Assembly (NCBI GenBank): GCA_951406725.2
Contig: OX597815.1
Span: forward strand, 200,880,001 to 200,944,000
Source: Octopus vulgaris
Taxonomy: Eukaryota
DNA: 64,000 nt
Reading direction: 5' to 3'
A model generated the notes under the pieces. The model worked only from the letters and a program-made list of their open reading frames with translations, was not told where the DNA came from and did not search any database. Below are positions 1 through 13,548 of the stretch, piece by piece. Both the position numbers and the translations under genes were made by a program. Numbering within the stretch: position 1 is the first letter of the stretch; the number at the start of each line of letters is the position of its first letter.

Positions 1-395
1 AAAGCGACGAAAATATTTTGACAAATTAAACTTAAATGTTGAAGTGAATCGAACGGCTTTTGTGGGTTTCTTAAATGGTTTACAAACACCTTCCACGCTG
101 CAATAGTTTTCGTTTCAGCACACGATCTCAGATCAAATCACTTGCTATGCAAGTACATCTCCGTAATATATATATATATATATAAAATGGCTGAAAGTTA
201 GTAAGGAGAGACACAAATAAGAAAGAAGAAAACAAAGGACCACTGATGCGGTCACAGGAGTGTGACGAAAGAACTCTGACCGAAATAAGATTAAGATTAA
301 TGTAAAAAATAAATAACACTGAAGCAAAATAACACCAAATATATAGTGCGTGTGTTTTTATTGGCTAAACTGGCAATATGACCATTCCGAAATAT

Positions 396-435
<40 letters not shown>

Positions 436-468
<33 letters not shown>

Positions 469-1690
469 TATAGCTGCCTACTCCACCCGAGGAAGACCCT
501 CACTGACTATTGAGAAACATTTTGCATTCAAATGTATGCTTTACACGTTCACTCCTCTGCTGATTAAGTAGCTCAACTGTTGATAAGCATACACGTCTGC
601 AGATAATGTAGACCAATCTTACTGCCCCATTCCCAATACTGTTTTTTTTTTGTTGTTTTTGCGCAGCTCGCTTAAATTCTGCATGAAAGATGGGTGTTAT
701 TTTCAAAAAAATCCACTTCTTCCTTAAATCTTTTCTTTCAATGAAGCGATGTCAATTATATATTTCCTGTTAATAGCCCGTACTTCACATGCCTTAACGA
801 GGACTTCACAGAGTCTCTTTTTGCTGTTGACTGCGAATTAACTATTGACATAGATGAAGCTATATAATTTGTCATGGAGTTTATTTCTGCCGCCTGTAAA
901 ACATTTGGACTCAGCATTAGCCTGTTCTAGAATTCTGTAATCTTGCACCCAGATACCTAAATGTGAAACTGTTTTAGTTGTAGGAACAGGACTGGAAGTG
1001 CCATATATGTCTATATGATGACTGCATACTGCGTTCTTGCTCCCTGGTTGATGAATCATCTTTAACACTTCAGGATATGAATAGTTCTGTCTGGGCTCTT
1101 GTATTTCATGTGTGATTCGAACTTAGTTTCAAAAGAAAACCAGTAGTTGCAGTGTACCGCATGTGTGTGCCGATGTCGCTAACTGAGGCGTGTGTGATAT
1201 TAGACCCTTTACTAGAATCCTTAAAGGTCCTTACACGCGTCCATCGGTGACGTCTGAGACACATTCTGAATGTTGGCTGAGGCCGGCGGTCTTCGGGCAG
1301 AGTTGACATCCTGAATGTTTATGTTCAGATGACTGGTCAGGAGACCCTTAGGCAGACAAATAGTATATGTGGAAACTATTTGTGGAAACCTCCTCCTAGC
1401 GGAAACCAAGATTGTGTACGTGTATGTATTATTATGGTTGGGTTCTGACGTGCCCCGCAGCATCAAAATCTGATCCTCACACTTCTAAGTCCAGAATCTC
1501 TGCCTCGAAGTCCTGGATACATTCCATGCCACTGTCTGCATTCAAGTTGTCCATGTAAATGTAACGGCATTGCCTTCTTCTTAGGTCACCATGAAATGGA
1601 TTCCACAAGACTAAATTCTAGATCAGTGAGGCGTAATCCGTGACGAGAGAGTCGTCGTACACGTCTTTGCCTCATCTTCTCGCTTAACTT
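436..1690 (-). mobile_element. Degenerate non-LTR retrotransposon 3' region, possibly RLE (restriction-like endonuclease) type
   Basis: GC-richer than flanks, broken minus-strand frames (RILEQANAESK, LCEVLVKACEVRAI, AVRLVYIICRR) loosely resembling an RLE C-terminus, ends in a (TAA)n tract on the minus strand. Identity is tentative. Confidence 0.3.
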
Positions 1691-1721
1691 TCGGTAGGCC
1701 CTAATGAAGGCATTCATCTTT

Positions 1722-2012
<291 letters not shown>

Positions 2013-2759
2013 AATAAGAGTAATTGTAGCTAATACTCACTGGATCATTTTCTAAAGATGTAAATCATTTCATATCAATCATTAGACGCAGCTCAGAATT
2101 ATCCCAATTTCAAAAAAGGTAGAATAAAGTTGACACAATATTTTCACAATGAGTATTTTTCTTTGCAGTCATATATTCATTTGCATAGATTTTATCTGCA
2201 CAAATTGCACATTTTGCTCATTGGAATAAATATTAGTTTATTTCTCAAGCCCTGCTTATCGAAAAATCAGGCATTATACTTTAAATAAAACACCATCGTT
2301 ACTACTTTATGTGAATAATATTATTCGTTACGAAAATAATATTTTCTGCTAAGAAATATAACTTTACTAAGTACACTGAATGGTGTAGTTTACTAAGTTT
2401 CTATCAAGTGAGAATTTAATTGTATTTAGATAATTGTTACTCAATATATTGTTTGCTAAACGAAATGCGTGCCAATTCTGTTTGTAGATTATTAGACATA
2501 AATGTTCATAACTAATGTATTTTGGCAGACCATAAACAGATCATTACACGAAAGGCGTCAGTAAACTTCTCAAATTGGTGATTATAATGCAATTCAGACT
2601 AGGTAAGATGTGATTCAAAGGAAAATATTAGATAACATTTATTATTATACGTAATAATACTATGTGTGTGTGCTTACACATATACGAAAACAGACATATA
2701 TCATATTATATTAAACAGACAGGCGCACACAGATACATAGACTCACTCACACCGGGTCA

Positions 2760-3052
<293 letters not shown>

Positions 3053-3619
3053 GTGTAATTTCACATAACCTCGCTTCGAAATAACGATATTGATAACTAG
3101 TTGTTAGAATTCAGTATACATATCCAGTAAGAAAACCATCAGGTGGGTACTGAGAGTAATTTCAATTAACGTCAAAAGCAAACTATTACTGATACTGCTC
3201 AGCTTCCAGCTGTTTCCGCTGAAGGACACATGGACTCAGAGTTGCGTTTTCGTATCAAATCTAATTGCAGAAAGAGTTTTAAGATACATAGAATGTTTAC
3301 GCAACCTAAACAAATATCTATGAAAGCAAAACATATATCTGTGAAACCAAAAGCATTTATATTCGAGATCAAACATATCTGCCGTCTTTGCAATCAGGAA
3401 TCAGCACAGTAAACATTTTAACAGGATTATCCTGATTTATGCATACGATCTGGAATTCGCATGTTGAAACTTGCGAATGATATTGCTCATTCCTGATGTA
3501 TAAAAGGCAAAATAATTCTTTTTTTATATTTTAAAAAAGAATGCAACTTCAGGTCAATGTAAAACCATAGTTTCCACCTGTTGTATGCCAGTACAGTTGC
3601 ACATATAACTATGGATATT

Positions 3620-3871
3620 AAAAGTTCCTACTCAAGCTGTGCCAGGCTCATAAGGGCCGGTTTCCCAGTTTCAATCGCGTAAAAAATCCCCAACTGGACG
3701 GGACGCCTGTCCGTCGCAGGATTACTCATTTTTGCCAGCTGAGTGGACTGGAGCAACGTGAAAATAATGTGTTTTGCTCAAGAGCACAACGCATCGCCCA
3801 GTCCAGGAATCGAAACCACAAACTTACGATTATGAGTTAAACACCCTAACCACTAAGCCACACGCCTGCAC
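3620..3871 (-). mobile_element. tRNA-derived SINE (family D), V-domain-like body
   Basis: Minus strand: A box TGGCTTAGTGG, B-box-like GTTTCGATTCC, body CCTGCGACGGACAGGCGTCCCGTCCAG; degenerate TSD taactatggatat/taaccatgaatat. Confidence 0.75.
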
Positions 3872-4763
3872 TAACCATGAATATAACATGCCTATTTTCT
3901 TTTGACTGAAAACGTGTCTACGATTATATAGAAAGCAGCATGCTATTTACAACAAGGAAACCAGTAACGTTAAATCGAATAAAAATATATACAACATAAG
4001 CATGTTGGTATCGGTCACACTTTCTGTAAGTAATATAAAAATATTACTCTTGCAATACTTAACTTACATCCATAACCGCAAACCGTTTCTGTTTTGTTTT
4101 GTGCTTTTTTTTTTTAATATCGTAAATACATTCATATTTAATTTCTTTACTCATTGCAAATTTTTATATTTACAACATGAACATTTTGAAATAAATTGCT
4201 AGTATTACCTTTGTATTTCTCTACATTTTATGATTGTTTCAGTTTACTGTATTTTAAGAATATTGAACCTAGTTTGAAAACCTATTTCTTATAATGAGTA
4301 ATTGTTAATTACTGTTTCTATTTCTATAAGAAATAATATCAATATTCTTTCATTTCTCTTTTTCTCTTTTGTTCTTTTTGTGGTTTCTTCTATTCAAACG
4401 TCATAATTCTTACATTAATTATATCCTTCTTTCTCCATTCTTAAATTTAGTAAGTTTTTTTCTCAGTTTATTTAAAGTTTTACATAATTCGTCAGAAATA
4501 GAATCTTTTGTAAATCAATGACTTGTTCACCAATTCTTATCTTTGTATAACGCAATTCTCATATTCTAAATACTTCCAAGTTAGTTTTTATTTCGGCATT
4601 ATATTATAGAATATTTGTAAATATCGCAAAAATCATACGCTATATGCTTTTAGCTATTTCTCCAATTAATTTGAATATTTTAAGTGAAACATAACTCGTG
4701 CATTCTATGTACACGCGTTTGTCTCTGTCTAACCACAACTATCTATCTAATTATCGCAATGTG

Positions 4764-4810
<47 letters not shown>

Positions 4811-4870
4811 TGCGATATCTAGTTAGATAGTCGTGGTTATACAGAGACACGCTCTATATAGATAAGCATA

Positions 4871-5087
4871 CGAGGTGTTGCTGAAAAGTTCCTGAATTTA
4901 AGTGTTTCGCAAAAGGTCCGGTTGGAGGCCCAACATTTTGAGTTTTTTTTTTTACAAGGCTTAGAAAAACTAAAGGACTTCTGTAATAAGTGAATCTGAG
5001 AGGAGAATATGTTGAATAAAATTGTAATTAACTGATCCTCCTGCATTTTATTTTACTTATAGTCATGAATTTTTCATCATCCCCTTG
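4871..5087 (+). mobile_element. Mariner-derived MITE
   Basis: TA + CGAGGTGTTGCTGAAAAGTTCCTG with imperfect inverted end CATGAATTTTTCATCATCCCCTTG; internal remnant of mariner transposase C-terminus (GLEKL...GEYVE*). Confidence 0.65.
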
Positions 5088-5984
5088 ATTGTTGAGTTAT
5101 ATTGATATTGATTCTTAAATAAGGCAAACTTCCTTATAGGTGTACTGGAAGCTTTCACTTCAAATTTTGCTCGAGTTGATTAAGTACAATATTTACTAGT
5201 GATAATATATTTTACTGTTCCCGGGTTTCCATGTATTAAAGACGGTTATTTTCCTTTAAACATTGCTCGTATAATCCCTGGTAAAATATATGTTTTGTGA
5301 TATGATATTTATGAAACATTCAAAATAATGTACCAATGTCTAGAAATTTGCTGAAAGCCTAAAGATATTGTTTTCACCTATATCTAAAAATGTGTGATAG
5401 TAAGTAAATTAATCTGAAGCATTAGTCCCTTCGCTTCAACGTTCTGATTTTAAATACCCAAATTTCATTTAATTCATCGAATTAAAACAGTAACTATTGC
5501 TTGATAATACTGAGGGAAGTTTGTCTATAAATTGCAAGGACAATCATAATTAGGTGACGTGTTTGAACTCAGTTTATTATATGCGTGAGAGATAACGTGT
5601 TTTTAATACAGAAACGTACGAAAACTGCGAATATGGAAAAAAATTGTTTCTTTTACGCACTAAAAGCATCACCAAATTATGTGGAAGATTTGTATATACG
5701 AAATGTTAATTCCTCCGTCTTCTTCGACGTATGGAGGTGCTACCACTAATGTCACAGCAGTTAGACTGCCCGCACACATAATTTGTTTATAGTGGAGAAG
5801 CCAGGAACTCTATTTTATATTTGGTGAAAATATTGACCACAACATCAATGACCATACGAAAGGCTTTTCGATTAGTTCTCCCTTTGCTGGTCCAGTGTCC
5901 TTTGCCATCGCTTACGGTTCTAACTACTCTGGTAAGCTAAATGTACAACTAACAACGAAGTCCTCGTGCAGATACCACTGTATA

Positions 5985-6202
5985 TGAAACGTTAGCACGC
6001 CCGGCGAAATGCTTTGCGGTATTTTGTCTGTCGTTACGTTCTGAGTTCAATTTCCGCCGCGGTCGACTTTGCCTGTCATCCTTCCGGGGTCGATAAATAA
6101 AGTACCAGTTTCGCACTGGGGTCGATGTAATCGACTTAATCCGTTTGTCTATCCTTGTTTGCCCCCTCTATGTTTAGCCTCTTGTGGGTAGTAAAGAAAT
6201 AT
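5985..6202 (+). mobile_element. SINE family A (5'-clipped)
   Basis: Matches the family A core GTCGACTTTGCC..TCATCC..CGGGGTCGATAAATAA.GTACCAG; flanked by ataccac(t/g)gtatat repeat. Confidence 0.85.
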
Positions 6203-7409
6203 ATACCACGGTATATATAACGGCAACGAACATAAGGAACTGGGTTCTATTGAAAATTAACTAATATATTATTAATAACCAAGGCACATGTAAAGCTCTG
6301 TCTGTTACTTAATAATAGACATTTGTGTTATGCTATTGATTTTACTGGCCTCAGCCAGTGGGACCGAAGCCATATCGTGGCACAGACTTCAACAGGTTTC
6401 GTTTATCATTATAATCTCAATAAATATTTCTGTTTGCTAATTACTTCATTGACCTCTATTGATCTTATGATAGAAGTACCGATTTGCATAAAGGCATGTA
6501 ACATGGGTCTGCATCCGTTTAAAGGATGGGAGACACGCCGGGCATCAGAACACACAAGCCCATATATATATAATTATTACCTTATACTTAATGCGTGTTG
6601 TTATGCGCTACAGGGCTGCGATAGCTTGTCTAAGGGAGATAATCTAAGGGCTATCGTCTTAAAAGTACACCAGACTTCTAAAGCTGGGCAAAATGAAATC
6701 ACCCCGGAATTGGACAAGGGCGACGGATATCAATATTTTGCGGTTATTTCCGCTCATCAGTTACACATACTCTTCACTTCCGAAACGAATCGCAACGGCC
6801 ACTTACACGTACGTATAAAACTAGCGTAAAATCTGTTTGCTGCTGTGCAAAAGCAATGTTCAAACGATCAATACTAATGGTAAAGGATTGGGATCGAAAT
6901 GAAATAAAGTGAATAAAGTAAACCAATTTCTGAACCCCTTAGTAAGAATCACGCATATCTAGTTATTAATGTATCTCTCATCCTATTCATAACATATTTT
7001 GCATTTCAATCTCCTGCTTAATACTTTTTTTTCAATTTCATCATTTTAAAGATTCTACGTCGATATATACTGCTTCTATTTAATGTGAGTGGGCTAATGT
7101 AACAGGGCATTTTTTTTCTTTGATTTGGTTACATTTGTAAAATTTCATGTTCATATTTCCTTTTTGGTTCATTCTAAATGGACATAATAATTTTCAAAAC
7201 ACTCCCAAACTTCAGGAAGAAATCAAATGTCCTGTCATAGAGCAAGTGAAATTAGAAATAGAAATTATGTACATTAGTTAAAAGCATGCATTCAAATCAA
7301 TATCTGTGAATAAATTACCTTAGTTTGAGCCTCGGTTGGGCAAACGGTCCAGCGACTAAAATAAACAATATTATCAAAAATAATATCAAGATCATACACA
7401 CAAATATGT

Positions 7410-7640
7410 TTCTTTATTACCCACAAGGGGCTAAACATAGAGGGGACAAACAAGGGCAGACAAACGAATTAAGTCGATTATATCGACCCCAGTGCGTAAC
7501 TGGTACTTACTTTATCGACCCCGAAAGGATGAAAGGCAAAGTCGACCTCGGCGGAATTTGAACTCAGAACGTAGCGGCAGACGAAATACGGCTGCGCATT
7601 TCGCCCGGCGTGCTAACGCTTCTGCCAGCTCGCCGCCTTA
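7410..7640 (-). mobile_element. SINE family A, full length
   Basis: GGCGGCGAGCTGGCAGAA head, GAGTTCAAATTCC B box; 16-bp TSD ATACACACAAATATGT (7394-7409/7644-7659). Confidence 0.9.
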
Positions 7641-8102
7641 TATATACACACAAATATGTGGTTATAATCGTGTGTATACACGTGCGAGTGTGATAGCGTG
7701 TGCGCGTGATAAATTATTAGCATTGCAAAATTGATATAGAACGATGCAGTAGCAAGGAAGGAAATATATGAAAAATGTAAAGCATAAGAATATATATGAA
7801 GTCTGAGAATTTCATTAATATAATTAGTCTCTATATTATATTATTGAAAATCAATTGCCCTAATTTAATCAACACTGAATTAATTTACACGAGCTGTATG
7901 TTAATCCCTTCAAATGAAAGAACTTATTTATAAAAGGAGTGTTTTACATGATGATTATTAAGACAATCTCATATGAAAACCAGAGGCGCAAGTAGTAGGG
8001 AATTAACGTCAGATGTAAGATATAGGATTGCTACTAAGGAAAAACATTTTAAAAATAATATTGATGAATAATAATTGTTTCCGTAATAAGTGCAAACAAA
8101 AA

Positions 8103-8191
8103 GTTTACTGTATTAAAAGTACATGTACCCTGAGGTGTGTGTTAAAGCTTAACACACACCTCAGGGTACATGTACTTTTAATACAGTAAAC
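8103..8191. repeat. Perfect 43-bp inverted repeat, 3-nt spacer
   Basis: 8103-8145 is the reverse complement of 8149-8191. Confidence 0.95.
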
Positions 8192-8338
8192 ATTATGAAT
8201 TTTTAATAAAGGATGATAAAGCTGCGCCCTGATATTGAAGAGTGCATTGTCAGAATTTAACAGTGTCGTTATTTTAAAGACACAAGTATATACTCTTTTA
8301 TTATTAATAACGTATGAAAGCTCTATAAGGATAACCGC

Positions 8339-8339
<1 letters not shown>

Positions 8340-8371
<32 letters not shown>

Positions 8372-9360
8372 TGTATGTATGTATGTATGTATGCATGTGT
8401 GTGTGTACGTCATTATACAGTTTTATTTCAAAAGTTCTTGCCAATAGAGAAAGACCCCTTTCCGGAACTTCAATATCAACAGAGTATGTGTGTGTGTATG
8501 TATGTATGTATGTATGTATGTATGTATGTATGTATGTATGTATGAATATATCTATGTATGTATGTATGTATGTATGTATGCATGTATGTATGTATGAATG
8601 TATGTATGTATGTATGTATGTATGTATGAATGTATGTATGTATATATGTATGTATGTATGTGTGTGTGTATGTATGTATGTATGTATGAATGTATGTATG
8701 TATGTAGGTATGTATGTATGTATATATGTATGTATGTATGTATGTAGGAATGTATGTATGTATGTATGTAGGTAGGTATGCATGTATGTATGTATGTATG
8801 TATGTATGAATATATGAGTGTATGTATGTATGTATGTATGTAAGAATGTATGTATGTATGTATGTATGGATGTATGTATGTAGGTATGAATGTATGTATG
8901 TATGTATGTATGTAGGAATGTATGTATGTATGTATGTATGTGTGTGTATGTATGTGTGTATGAATATATGCATGTATGTATGTATGTATGTATGTATGTA
9001 TGTATGTAGGAATGTATGTATGAATATATGTATGTATGTTTGTATGTATGTATGTATGAATGTATGCATGTATGTATGTATGTATGTAAGTATGTATGTG
9101 TGTATGTATGTATTATGTATGTATGTATATATGTATGTATGTATTATGTATGCATGTATGTGTGTGTGTGTGTACGTCATTATGCAGTTTTATTTCAAAA
9201 TTTCTTGCCAATAGAGAAGAGCCCGTTTCCGGAACCTCAACATCAACACAGTATTTGTGTGTATGTGTATATATGTATGTATGTGTGTATGTATGTATGT
9301 ATGTATGTATGTATGTATGTATGTATGTATGTATGTATGTATGTATGTATGTATGTATAC
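8340..9360. repeat. ~1-kb degenerate (TATG)n array with an embedded duplicated ~85-bp unique segment
   Basis: Directly visible; unique segment at ~8403-8487 and ~9171-9254. Confidence 0.95.
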
Positions 9361-9782
9361 GTGTAGATTAGTATGTTTTTTTTATGTATGCCTTGTCATG
9401 CATATACTTGAATATCTAGACAAACTCATATATACTTAAATGATAAATTTCTGGAAAGTCTTATAGACATTTACCGTTTCCGTTGTGACTCAGATTTGTA
9501 GTCATCAAATCAGTTTTCCCCTTCCTGGTTGCTGGAAACTTAATGTCTCAAGATTGATATTTATGCACTGTCTTAAATATCCCAATGCCCCAGCAATTAC
9601 AGGTACAAATCTGAACTTCCAAACTATATATAGCAATTGCAGATTTCTCAATATATCAGTGTAGGTTTCCCCTTTTCGCTGATCTTCAGTTGAATGTTAA
9701 CATCTACTGGGCAGCTGATTTCCACAACTAAACACAATTTCTCCATCTCAAATCATTATATCAAGTTTATTGTATGTAAGCA

Positions 9783-10196
9783 TGTATGTTTGTATACTCT
9801 TTTACTCTTTTACTTGTTTCAGACATATGACTGCGGCCATGCTGGAGCACCGCCTTTAGTCGATCAAATCGACCCCGGGACTTATTCTTTGTAAGCCCAG
9901 TACTTATTCTATCGGCTCTTTTGCCGAACCGCTAAGTGACGGGGACGTAAACACACCAGCATCGGTTGTCAAGCAATGCTAGGGGGACAAAAACAGACAC
10001 ACACACACACATACATATATAAATACATATATACGACAGGCTTCTTTCAGTTTCCGTCTACCATATCCACTCACAAGGCATTGGTCGGCCCGGGGCTATA
10101 GCAGAAGACACTTGCCCAAGATTCCACGCAGTGGGACTGAACCCGGAACCATGTGGTTAGTAAGCAAGCTACTTACCACACAGCCACTCCTGCGCC
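9783..10196 (-). mobile_element. SINE family B (tRNA head, CORE-like segment, internal microsatellite)
   Basis: Head GGCGCAGGAGTGGCTGTGTGG..GGTTCAGTCCC, CTTGGGCAAGTG, tail GGCGGTGCTCCAGCATGGCCGCAG and (AGTAAAAG)n; TSD TGTATGTAAGCA. Confidence 0.9.
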
Positions 10197-10454
10197 TGTA
10201 TGTAAGCACTTTCTTTCACACCACATTAAAATATCTGGCTTTCTCGTAACTGGGAAAAGAAAGAGTCCTGGCATGCTAGTAAATCTGCAGCCACCTCACA
10301 ATAGCCGTTCCACTTTTTATCGCTCGTCCTCTCTCAATAAGTGTATATGCGTTGCAAACCAAATTTCCCACTGACCGTTGGCAACACCTACGTGTGCATA
10401 TTCTTTTAAAATAGATCGGATCTGCGCGGACGAAAATGTGTAGCAGCATCGTTT

Positions 10455-10980
10455 CTGCTGTCCGAAATTATTAGGCACGTGCCTAATTTAAGGGGCTTTC
10501 TCCGTCCGGGTTGTGGATCCGTGGAATAAGCTGCCAGACGGGATGGTGAAGATGCCGACGACTGCTCGGTTCAAAGTCTCCCTTGACCTCAAGTGGCCTG
10601 AACTCTTTACATGAACACCACCCTGTAAATAACTCCATGTAACCCTACATGGCCTTGCTTTTTGCTTTTTGAGCCAAAAAATTAACTAACTAACTAACTA
10701 ACTAACTAAGTGTCATTATGGGCCTTAAAGTTGATATTACCTCGAATAAGAAGTCTACCGTCGTGTTAGAGCATGGAAAAGGTAAAGTAACCATAGAAAT
10801 ATCAAAAAAACTTGGAAAGGATCACCGAGCAATGAAGAAATTTGTTCAGTCTCCTACCTCTGCCCGGTCGAGTGTAGTAGATAATGGTAAATCGGGGGTT
10901 GCTTCAAATCATACTTTGTCACGTGTGAAAGGGGTGTTGTGCGGAACCCATGCCTGATAAGAAGAGAACTCTTCAAACGT
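10455..10980 (+). mobile_element. Tc1-like transposon 5' relic interrupted by a CR1 3' fragment
   Basis: ORF 10718-10957 MGLKVDIT..EISKKLGKDHRAMKKFV resembles a Tc1 paired-like HTH; TIR-like AAATTATTAGGCA at ~10465. Confidence 0.55.
10490..10709 (+). mobile_element. CR1-type LINE 3' end
   Basis: FSVRVVDPWNKLP..FKVSLD frame, same 3' UTR as the copies at 42580 and 49222, (TAAC)n tail. Confidence 0.85.
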
Positions 10981-11008
10981 TGTGGTAGGGAAGAGCGTAG
11001 GCTCAAAA

Positions 11009-11461
11009 TGGGTGGAATTCAAAGAATTGCCACCAGTAGTGGATTTAGTAGAAATCGAACCACTAATGAAATATTACTAAAAAGTAAATAAGTATGTCAA
11101 ATCGACAGGAAAAAAAGAAAAGAAAAATGAAAAATGAAAAAAAGGAAAGAGAAAGAATAAGTGTGTTATGTTATGTTTAATAATATAGGAAAATAGAAGA
11201 ACGATTTTAGAGAACATATAACGGTTCAAATAATTGTAATGGTAGACGATAATTAAGTGTTAGTTAAATACATGATAAATTCGGACAATTTAGAAAGATT
11301 AATGGTAATGCATGTAATGAGGGGCGCATTCAGCCATTCATAACCCCATTATTGTATAATCATTTGATCATATTCATTCTATGTATTGTCTTCAATGTGG
11401 TGTCCTGTCTGTCCTTGTTTATCCCCCTCTATGTTGGGTCCTTGTGGCTAATAAAGGAACC
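11009..11461 (+). mobile_element. 5'-truncated LINE 3' end sharing its tail with SINE A
   Basis: 16-bp TSD GAGCGTAGGCTCAAAA (10993-11008/11462-11477); ORF end WVEFKELPPVVDLVEIEPLMKYY*; tail TGTCTGTCCTTGTTTATCCCCCTCTATG..CCTTGTGGCTAATAAAG. Confidence 0.7.
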
Positions 11462-11570
11462 GAGCGTAGGCTCAAAACGTAAAATACTTTTTCTATTCCC
11501 GAGCGTTATACTAATACATCTGTTTGTTTTCTACACCACCTGTCTTCGTCTTTTGTTTTTGGGGAATTCT

Positions 11571-11625
<55 letters not shown>

Positions 11626-11679
11626 TATATGTAGGTGTGCATGTATGCGTATTTCTTCTGTTACCTGTCAAAGTCTTTT

Positions 11680-11827
11680 GAGTACGGTTATGCTGGGGTC
11701 CTACCTTGAAAGGTTTGGTACAACGAATCGATTCCAGTACACTTTTTAGGCAGTTTCTGTTTTACTGCTAAATTACGGGAGGTAAAAAAAAACCAAGATG
11801 GGTTGTCAAGAGAAACAAAATGACACG

Positions 11828-11870
<43 letters not shown>

Positions 11871-11960
11871 GTTTTCCAAATCCACTGACAAGGGTTTAGC
11901 AAGCCTGCCTTTATATTAGGAGACACATGCACATGCTGACAAGCTGTGGTTGTAAAAGAA
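11680..11960 (-). mobile_element. Old diverged SINE family B
   Basis: Degenerate matches (GGTTGTCAAG, CCAAATCCACT.ACAAGG) around an internal (TA)n. Confidence 0.55.
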
Positions 11961-12996
11961 AGCTTGTAGTGCACAGTTATGCCTGTATGTGGTTAATTTT
12001 CTTTACGATTGCCCCTACCGCGTCTATTAAAGAACACTCTTAATCTCTCTCTCTCTCTCTCTCTTTCGGTCCTTCGCTTTCTCTGTCTATCTATCCCAGC
12101 CTTCCATTCTGCTATTTATACTTCAGGAAAATGTTGAAGCACTTGGTGTAACATTAATCAATGAAATGTACTGCAAAAAATGTTAATTAAATTGGAATTT
12201 GCTTTAGCATCACTTGAGCAAAGAACCTATTTTCATTTTGATTAGCATACTACTCCGGCGTTTATCGTTTTTAATTATATCGCTCTAGAAAATTTATGAA
12301 TACTGGCTGGATTGAGAAAACAACAAACAATTTTAAACGTTAATAAATACAAAAATAGCCTGTAATATATATGTAAAATAAATATGTAAATATAGATATA
12401 TATGTAAATATAAATATATATGTAAAATAAAGAATTATCTGTGCCGGCGTGTGAGAAATTATCAGGATACATAAAGCGAATAAGGTGTGTGTGTGTCCGA
12501 GCGTGTTTGTGTGTCCGAGCGTGTGTGTAGACGAGGTTGTGGGTATATGTATATGCTCATGTACATATGCATATATGTAAGGAGATGTGTGAGTACCATA
12601 TGTTTTCGAGGGAAGATATCTTCGTAAAAAATTTTCATATGTCACATATCAGAGTGAGACCAACATCTTACAAGTGGCAACCCACGAGAACGACAAGGGC
12701 ATATTATCCTGCTTTCTTTGTTTTAATACCGTGCATCTATTTTCCACTTACTAAGTCAAAATGCATTGTTCGATGAATAGCAATGAATAACTACATTTAC
12801 CGATATTTTGAAAAGTCGGGCTATTAAAAAAAAAATCTCGATGGAAACAACTGTAAAGCATTAAAAACAATCAGGTGACTATAAATGCATATAAATCACC
12901 AAAAGGGATAACGTTTTGTCTTTTGAGTATATATACATGCATATGTACATATATAAATACACAGACACACACACACACACACATATATATACTTTA

Positions 12997-13121
12997 TTAA
13001 AAGCAGCAGAAATTCAACAAAACCTGTTACTCGGAGTTTCACATTCCCGTTCGTCGATGTCCGACGAACGGGAATGTGAAACTCCGAGTAACAGGTTTTG
13101 TTGAATTTCTGCTGCTTTTAA
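12997..13121. repeat. Perfect 60-bp inverted repeat (5-nt spacer), inverted PLE pLTR-like
   Basis: 12997-13056 is the reverse complement of 13062-13121; right arm carries an HHR-like motif. Confidence 0.9.
13058..13093 (+). ncRNA. Type I hammerhead ribozyme-like motif (U4C variant)
   Basis: TGT-CCGACGA-AC(gggaat)GT-GAAAC(tccga)GTA-ACA. Confidence 0.55.
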
Positions 13122-13548
13122 GTAAAGCATATTATTCTATCCCTGGTATTTGAGTACTCTTCTTTCCACCTTGTTTCACATTTATGTTTACTCCGGTATA
13201 TATATATATGCTCTGTTAAAGCCACAACATACATCAGAAGGCGAATATCATCATCGTCGTCATCATCATCATCATCATTGTCATCATTACTATCATTAGC
13301 AGCCGTAGCAGCATCGACATCCATACCACCGGCGGGTCAATATTATCTTCTATTCATCTGTAAGATAATGATTTTTATGCTCCTCACCGTTCCACAGACA
13401 ACGGAGCATCCCTTATTATTCTTCAGAAGGGGGTCAGAAGGTGTACGTCTTCAGTGTTTTTGCATTCTTGCTTTGATATTTATTTACTTCTCTGAGGTTT
13501 TCAATGACGGTTGTGGTTGGCTCCTGAACGCGGTATTTGTCTTATAAC

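Noticed and set aside
240-300. CTGATGC-GGTCA...TGACC-GAAA hammerhead-like motif
   Set aside because: Good stem II, but A9 is mutated and there is no stem I partner; at best a decayed copy.
6323-6829. 168-aa ORF
   Set aside because: TTG start, no recognisable motif, overlaps repeat-like sequence and a decayed antisense HHR.
8340-9360. Repeat-with-spacer pattern suggestive of CRISPR
   Set aside because: Eukaryotic tetranucleotide microsatellite; no constant repeat with unique spacers and no cas genes.
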